64,000 bases of DNA from Candidatus Dojkabacteria bacterium. Its GTDB lineage: Bacteria; Patescibacteriota; Dojkabacteria; J137. The stretch is taken from assembly GCA_030950485.1 (NCBI GenBank), contig JAUZRK010000013.1, positions 9,893 to 73,892 of the forward strand, read 5' to 3'. Shown in pieces: positions 59,160 through 64,000 of the stretch (within the stretch, counting starts at the first letter, position 1; each line of letters starts with the position of its first letter). The position numbers and the translations under genes are program-made. The notes under the pieces were generated by a model. It was not told where the DNA came from. It made no database searches and worked only from the letters and a program-made list of their open reading frames with translations.

Positions 59160-60266
59160 TTAAGCTTGTAATGTTTCCCAAACTAAAGAAGAAATTAATT
59201 GGATTTTATACCTAGCATCTTCTTTACTAACTTTTTCATTAAATACGGCAATGACATAGTCGGTTTTAGGCCCATAAATAATTCCAATATCAGCCCAAGC
59301 ATAACCTGGATACGTAGATACGATTCCAGTCTTGTGTGCTATTTCATAATAATATGGTTCTGGTATTCCTACTGGTATGCCAGTCTGTAGTCGCCAATCT
59401 GTGTTCTTTAATAAATAAAGAAAGAAGTCATTACTTTCTTTACTTAAATATTCTTCATAATAAATACCAGCAAAGATTCTTGCAGCATCTTTAGTAGTTA
59501 CGTCATGAGGGTCTCGAAAAAGATGTGTAACACCTAGTTCATCAATAGTTCTTTGATTGCCTATAACAGTACCACCTAATAAATTTTCTAAATGAACAAT
59601 TGCAGTATTATCACTATCTATTATTAAGAATTTCATATACTCTTCAATACTAAACTCTAGTCCTACTTCCCAAGGTCCTAAAACGTTCCCTTCAACTATA
59701 TCTGTATCGAGTAATTCAGATGTAGTCTCCATTGTTAGCTTTCCGCTATCAACATCTCTTAGTGTTAAAAGTCCAATTGGAACTTTAGAAACACTCCCAG
59801 GTGCTAATATTTTATTCTCATTAATACCAATTTGTTGACCCGATTTTAAATCGAGAATATAAACTCCGTAATTATATGAATTCCACCCAAGAATATCTTC
59901 GATACCAGCTTTAAGTTTTTCCTCATCAAATGTATTAGGGATTAAATATATTTCTATTTCAATAGTTTCTAAAGGACTATCTAGAGTATAAATATACTTA
60001 TTTAGTTCTCCTTCAACCTGAGTAACTTGAAATTCACCACCATATGCTTTTTCTAGTTTAATTACTAATTCTTCTAAATCACTTTCATTAATAGTAAAAC
60101 TTAATGTGGTTTTTATTTTTGAAAAGCCTTCTTTTGTATTAGGATTATCATAAACAACACTTTTATTTTGATCTTCAATTTCGGGGTAAATAATAGTTGC
60201 AAAGAGTGTAAGGCTTATACCTAAGAAAGCTAGGATTATAATTATATATATCGATACAAATTTCAT
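59160..60266 (-). CDS. class A beta-lactamase-like serine hydrolase with N-terminal extra domain
   Basis: SxxK (GSVSK), SDN (IIDSDNTAIV), KTG (AHKTGIV). Confidence 0.55.
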   Translation of the reverse strand: MKFVSIYIIIILAFLGISLTLFATIIYPEIEDQNKSVVYDNPNTKEGFSKIKTTLSFTINESDLEELVIKLEKAYGGEFQVTQVEGELNKYIYTLDSPLETIEIEIYLIPNTFDEEKLKAGIEDILGWNSYNYGVYILDLKSGQQIGINENKILAPGSVSKVPIGLLTLRDVDSGKLTMETTSELLDTDIVEGNVLGPWEVGLEFSIEEYMKFLIIDSDNTAIVHLENLLGGTVIGNQRTIDELGVTHLFRDPHDVTTKDAARIFAGIYYEEYLSKESNDFFLYLLKNTDWRLQTGIPVGIPEPYYYEIAHKTGIVSTYPGYAWADIGIIYGPKTDYVIAVFNEKVSKEDARYKIQLISSLVWETLQA

Positions 60267-60392
60267 TTAATCATATTTAAACAATTATATTTTAGCCTAA
60301 ATATGATCTATTATCATTTAGTGGTAGAATTTTTTTGTTAAAGTGAAAGCAAATTTTGGAATTCAAAAAAGTAAACATAAAAAACTAGAAAT

Positions 60393-60944
60393 ATGAATAA
60401 AACATTCAAAATTCTTATTGTTACAAACTCTCTTATTCTTTTAGCAGGTGCAATGCTTGGGCCAATATACGCAGTCTTTGTTGAAGAGAATGGAGGAGAT
60501 GTTTTAGATGCTAGCTTAATATTTAGTATTTTTACATTAAGTGCCGGAATAACAACAATAGTATCTGGAAGATTAGCTGATAAATTACCTCATCAAAAAT
60601 ACCTGGTTATCTTTGGATATACAGTAATAACACTTGGCTATGTTTGTTATACATTTGTGAACAATATGAATTCTCTAGCAATAGTGCAAATAATTATTGG
60701 ATTTGGAGAAGCGATATATTCCCCAGCATTTGACTCACTTATCTCTAAACATCTAGACAAAGATAAAGAAGGAACAGAGTGGGGGATTTGGGAGGCGAAC
60801 TATTATTTTACAACTGCAATTGGTGCATTCTTAGGAGGTGTGATAGTTAAGGAATTCGGGTTTACAACTTTATTCGTAGTAATGGCTATAGTTTCATCAT
60901 TTTCCGTTGTATTACTTATTAATAAAAAAGTAGATGGAGATTAA
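60393..60944 (+). CDS. MFS-type transporter fragment (6 TM only)
   Basis: MFS-like motif SGRLADKL; 183 aa, half-size. Confidence 0.4.
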   Translation: MNKTFKILIVTNSLILLAGAMLGPIYAVFVEENGGDVLDASLIFSIFTLSAGITTIVSGRLADKLPHQKYLVIFGYTVITLGYVCYTFVNNMNSLAIVQIIIGFGEAIYSPAFDSLISKHLDKDKEGTEWGIWEANYYFTTAIGAFLGGVIVKEFGFTTLFVVMAIVSSFSVVLLINKKVDGD

Positions 60945-61182
60945 TAAAGAGATGATTACTTTGATTATTGGTGTTAGCGGTGCAACTATTGTATTAGTAG
61001 CCTTTCTAATGAACCAATTAAATAAATGGACGAATGATAATATTAAATATGACTTTCTAAACTTTCTAGGTAGCCTATTGCTAGTAATCTATGCGTTACT
61101 ACTTGGTTCAGTGCCATTTTTAGTACTTAATACTATTTGGGGAGGGTTTTCACTAATAGATGTAATAAAAAAACTAGTGTAA
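60934..61182 (+). CDS. small 2-TM membrane protein
   Basis: 82-aa ORF. Confidence 0.3.
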   Translation: MEINKEMITLIIGVSGATIVLVAFLMNQLNKWTNDNIKYDFLNFLGSLLLVIYALLLGSVPFLVLNTIWGGFSLIDVIKKLV

Positions 61183-61209
61183 ATTTTTCTACATACTTTT
61201 CAACTTATT

Positions 61210-61247
61210 TGTATAATGTTTATATTTAGTAATTGGAAAGGTATAAT
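61210..61247 (+). promoter_or_regulatory. candidate promoter: extended -10 TGTATAAT (61210) and TATAAT (61242) upstream of sigma gene
   Basis: Direct reading. Confidence 0.3.
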
Positions 61248-61253
61248 ACCTTG

Positions 61254-61823
61254 ATGACTGTTGAAGAAGAACTAAAACTTGTCGAAAAAGCAAAAAAAAA
61301 TATTCAGTATTTTGACAAAATCTACGACTATTACTTTTATAGAATTTTAAAGTTTTGTGTAAATAAAGTATCGAGTTCAGAAATAGCTGAAGATATAACT
61401 TCTCGTGTATTTCTATCTGCAGTAGAAAAAATAATAGACTTTGATACCTCTAAAAATATTAGATTTGGCTCATGGTTGTACAGAAATGCTAATAATAAGA
61501 TTATTGATTATTATAGAAAAAATGCAAGAACTTCTTGGTTTGATATTGAAGATGAATCAGTAGTGCCAGACGAAGAGCAAGATGATCATGAAAAAGAACT
61601 TACTCTTAAATTTAAACAGAAAAAATTATCTCTTGTTATATCTACTTTAAACGCAAGATATCAAAAGATTATTTCATTAAGATTTTATTCAGACTTGGAT
61701 ATTGATGAAATAGCAGAGGAAATGAATCTTAATAATTCAAATGTATCTGTTCTGCTTCATAGAGCATTGAAGGCACTACAGAAAAAATACCTTGAAATGT
61801 ATCCAGATAGTGAAAGTTTTTAA
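61254..61823 (+). CDS. ECF-type sigma-70 factor (intact copy)
   Basis: Region 2 FGSWLYRNANNKIIDYYRK, region 4 LDIDEIAEEMNLNNSNVSVLLHRALKAL. Confidence 0.65.
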   Translation: MTVEEELKLVEKAKKNIQYFDKIYDYYFYRILKFCVNKVSSSEIAEDITSRVFLSAVEKIIDFDTSKNIRFGSWLYRNANNKIIDYYRKNARTSWFDIEDESVVPDEEQDDHEKELTLKFKQKKLSLVISTLNARYQKIISLRFYSDLDIDEIAEEMNLNNSNVSVLLHRALKALQKKYLEMYPDSESF

Positions 61824-61846
61824 GACTAATATCGTTATATATATTG

Positions 61847-63739
61847 ATGGTGGAGAATACTAAAAATCTAGAAAAATTTATTGAAGAGACTAAGGTTAAG
61901 CCAAGTTTCGATCGTTCAGAAATTCTGAAAGAAGAACTAAGAAAGGCTTTACATACTAGGTATCTTGAGGTGACTAGCAAAAATGAAAAAGGGTTTGCTC
62001 TCTACTTATTTAATAAATTTAAGTGGCTAGGTTTTGCTACATCTACATTCTTAATCGCTTTATTTACAATTGCGATTACAACGCCTACTTTAAACAATAA
62101 AAAGGAAGATACTAAATTTGGAGCAGAAATAGCATTTCTTGAAGGAGATCTCGAAGTTAAAAAAGGTGAAGACTGGGTGATAGCAGATATTGATACAAGG
62201 GTTAGTGAGGGTAGTGCTTTTAGGATGAATGGAGAGGGAAGAGCTGTAATAAATATTGATGATGGAAGTTCAGTAAGGTTTATGGATGATTCTTCAGTTA
62301 CATTTCTTTCACTTGATCCAGACGATATAGTTATTCAAAATGATCAAGGAGAAGTTTATACAAGAGTAGTTAAAGCAGATAGAGGATTCTCTGTTAAAGT
62401 AGATACATTTACTTTTAAATCATTAGGAACTGCTTATAAAACAGTAAATAAGAAGGATAAAGTTGGAGTTGAAGTTTATCATAGTAAAGTTGATGTGGTT
62501 AATGATGGGACAGAAAAACAATTAGTTAGAGTTACTGAGGGCAATAAATTTTACGTTGTAGATACTGCAGAACCGAATAATGTAAATCAAGTGGTTGAAT
62601 TAGATAAGGAGGTAATAGCTAAAGATGAATTTGTACAATGGAATAAATCTCAAGACAAAAAAGAATTCAAGAATGAATTAGGGGTATTAGCGGATGAAGA
62701 AAGTACTAAAGAAGTAGATGAAAAAGAAAATAGCGAAAAACAAAATACAGATAATGTAATCGTAGCAGAAAATAATAATAGCGGCGAAAAAGAAACAACT
62801 CCAATAGACAAAAATAATACAAGCACAACAATAAATAGTAATAAGAAATCTTTTACTGACTACAAAGGTGGTGTTAATAAAAATATAATCTCATTAAGTT
62901 GGACACTAAATAATACTGGTATAAATCAAAAAGTAATAGTTAGACAAAAAGATACTCAAAATTTGAATCAAGGTGAGTTCTTTACTATTGAAAAGGGAAA
63001 GTCAAACTATGAATTCCAAGCAAACTACGGAGAAACTTACTATCTAACATTATGTAACTACAGTGAAGCACTAGGTTCATGTATGGAAGTTAGTAATACG
63101 TTAGCATTTGTTGTTCCATTTAAACCATCAATAACACTATCAGTTAGCGAAACTGGTTATGGAGAGTATATCTTCAATTGGGAGACTGTAAATATTATTA
63201 ACTACCAAGGACTTATGCTTGTTAGATCTGATTATGAAGGTGATGTATATGGTTCAGCAACATCTTCCAGCGGGCTAATTAACAAAGAAACTAAGTCATA
63301 TAAGTTAAACTCTAAGGAAGACAAAATAATTTTCTTCAAACTATGTAAGTTTGATGGTTCAATTTGTGATACTTATAGTAATGAAGTGAAAATAACTTCA
63401 CCAGAACCTAAAGTAGATTCTATTAATATTTCTTTAGATGAGTCTGGTTCTACTCTTAATATAAATATTATTGGGCAGGCAGAGGATGGATTAATCTTTT
63501 TAACTTCATCTGCAAATGGAGTTGTATATCCTCCAAGAGACAATAACGATAGTTTTATATTACTAGGTACTACTAACTCAATAAAAGTTGCATCTTTACC
63601 TCTGATAAAAGGATCAAATAAATATTTTATAAGAGTTTGTGAAAATATAAATAGTGCAGCTCCTAAGTGTGGTGTTTACTCAAACGAGGTAGTTCTTAAT
63701 ATAAAAGAAGAAGCAGTACCTGCTCCTACAGGAGAGTAG
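61847..63739 (+). CDS. FecR-like anti-sigma factor with three C-terminal Cys-pair repeat domains (paralog of 39956..41797)
   Basis: Single TM; IDDGSSVRFMDDSSV...GEVYTRVVKADRGF...SLGTAYKTVNK; repeats ...LCNYSE.LGSC, ...LCKFDGSICDTYSNEV, ...RVCENINSAAPKCGVYSNEV. Confidence 0.6.
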   Translation: MVENTKNLEKFIEETKVKPSFDRSEILKEELRKALHTRYLEVTSKNEKGFALYLFNKFKWLGFATSTFLIALFTIAITTPTLNNKKEDTKFGAEIAFLEGDLEVKKGEDWVIADIDTRVSEGSAFRMNGEGRAVINIDDGSSVRFMDDSSVTFLSLDPDDIVIQNDQGEVYTRVVKADRGFSVKVDTFTFKSLGTAYKTVNKKDKVGVEVYHSKVDVVNDGTEKQLVRVTEGNKFYVVDTAEPNNVNQVVELDKEVIAKDEFVQWNKSQDKKEFKNELGVLADEESTKEVDEKENSEKQNTDNVIVAENNNSGEKETTPIDKNNTSTTINSNKKSFTDYKGGVNKNIISLSWTLNNTGINQKVIVRQKDTQNLNQGEFFTIEKGKSNYEFQANYGETYYLTLCNYSEALGSCMEVSNTLAFVVPFKPSITLSVSETGYGEYIFNWETVNIINYQGLMLVRSDYEGDVYGSATSSSGLINKETKSYKLNSKEDKIIFFKLCKFDGSICDTYSNEVKITSPEPKVDSINISLDESGSTLNINIIGQAEDGLIFLTSSANGVVYPPRDNNDSFILLGTTNSIKVASLPLIKGSNKYFIRVCENINSAAPKCGVYSNEVVLNIKEEAVPAPTGE

Positions 63740-63740
63740 T

Positions 63741-64000
63741 TAAATTCTCAATAACATAGATTTGTACAGATCATATATTTCATTTGCAGTTTCTGAAGTA
63801 GTTCTTAGGCTGTTACTTTCTATTACTTCTTCTTGCTCATCTTTTGTAAAAGTTTTTCTAAAAATATCAGTATCTGTTATTTCTGGATTAAATGAAGCAA
63901 CTTTTATTTTTTCTTCTTCAATGTTTAATGCTTTACTAAACGTATTTACAGCAGACTTGCTTACAGAATAAGCAATATAGCCAGCTCCTAATAAGGAATC
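63741..64000 (-). CDS. short-chain dehydrogenase/reductase, C-terminal part (gene runs off right edge)
   Basis: Minus-strand translation GAGYIAYSVSKSAVNTFSKAL (YxxxK) ... IKVASFNPEITDTDI; stop at 63741..63743. Confidence 0.6.

Noticed and set aside
2394-61980. Numerous 60-115-aa ORFs embedded in or antisense to larger genes (e.g. 2394..2582, 3566..3772, 4260..4661, 4749..4976, 9083..9313, 10663..10854, 10883..11074, 12486..12824, 13159..13506, 13840..14061, 24177..24359, 36686..36949, 39650..39874, 45466..45681, 53381..53566, 55298..55636, 56800..57126, 58814..59005, 59199..59390, 61729..61980)
   Set aside because: They lie fully within better-supported coding regions on the opposite strand or in another frame. 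Their sequences are low-complexity and they are typical AT-rich shadow ORFs.
63762-63971. 69-aa plus-strand ORF at the right edge
   Set aside because: It lies antisense to a convincing minus-strand SDR C-terminus (YSVSK, NPEITDTD) that runs off the window.
1-64000. Stop-codon reassignment (TGA or TAA read as sense) as the explanation for the in-frame stops
   Set aside because: TGA and TAA both terminate well-supported genes here, including ATGA stop/start overlaps at 45376 and 53084. The in-frame stops are two single events involving different codons.
1-64000. CRISPR arrays, rRNA or tRNA genes
   Set aside because: I found no spacer-repeat periodicity beyond the 7-bp simple repeats, no tRNA T-loop/acceptor signatures (GGTTCGAATCC-like) in intergenic regions, and no rRNA-like GC-rich blocks.

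Overview
The window is an AT-rich (about 30% GC by eye) bacterial chromosomal segment. It contains the replication-origin neighbourhood, with dnaA on the plus strand, an inverted dnaN on the minus strand, yidD, and clusters of DnaA-box-like 9-mers. Recognisable housekeeping genes include ftsK, murA, sodA, apbE, a likely holA, a class II photolyase, an MscS channel, two FMN-reductase-like flavoproteins, and a cell-wall cluster with a DegT-type aminotransferase and two FemAB-family transferases. Many proteins are hypothetical, and several are membrane-associated or secreted. I found no rRNA, tRNA or CRISPR array.

The most unusual content is as follows.
(1) An ECF-sigma / FecR-like anti-sigma module occurs twice, with three C-terminal Cys-pair repeat domains in each anti-sigma. 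One copy is flanked by a ~100-bp direct repeat of the 3' end of the upstream gene, and its sigma factor carries an in-frame TGA.
(2) A family of four TrmB-like regulators is paired with metabolic enzymes and carries palindromic candidate operators.
(3) 7-bp tandem repeats (TTACTTC and variants) lie upstream of a secreted beta-propeller protein and around the FemAB genes, which makes them candidate phase-variable loci.
(4) Five conserved genes are interrupted (NUDIX, TrmB x2, SDR, photolyase) and the first ECF sigma copy carries an in-frame TGA. Four interruptions are single-base indels in short A/T runs and two are single nonsense codons. This looks like either genome decay or homopolymer sequencing error.
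(5) A GC-rich palindromic GGAGCAGGG repeat family is present, plus a GC-rich structured element downstream of yidD.

The organism is probably a low-GC bacterium, possibly a reduced-genome lineage. That is inference only.
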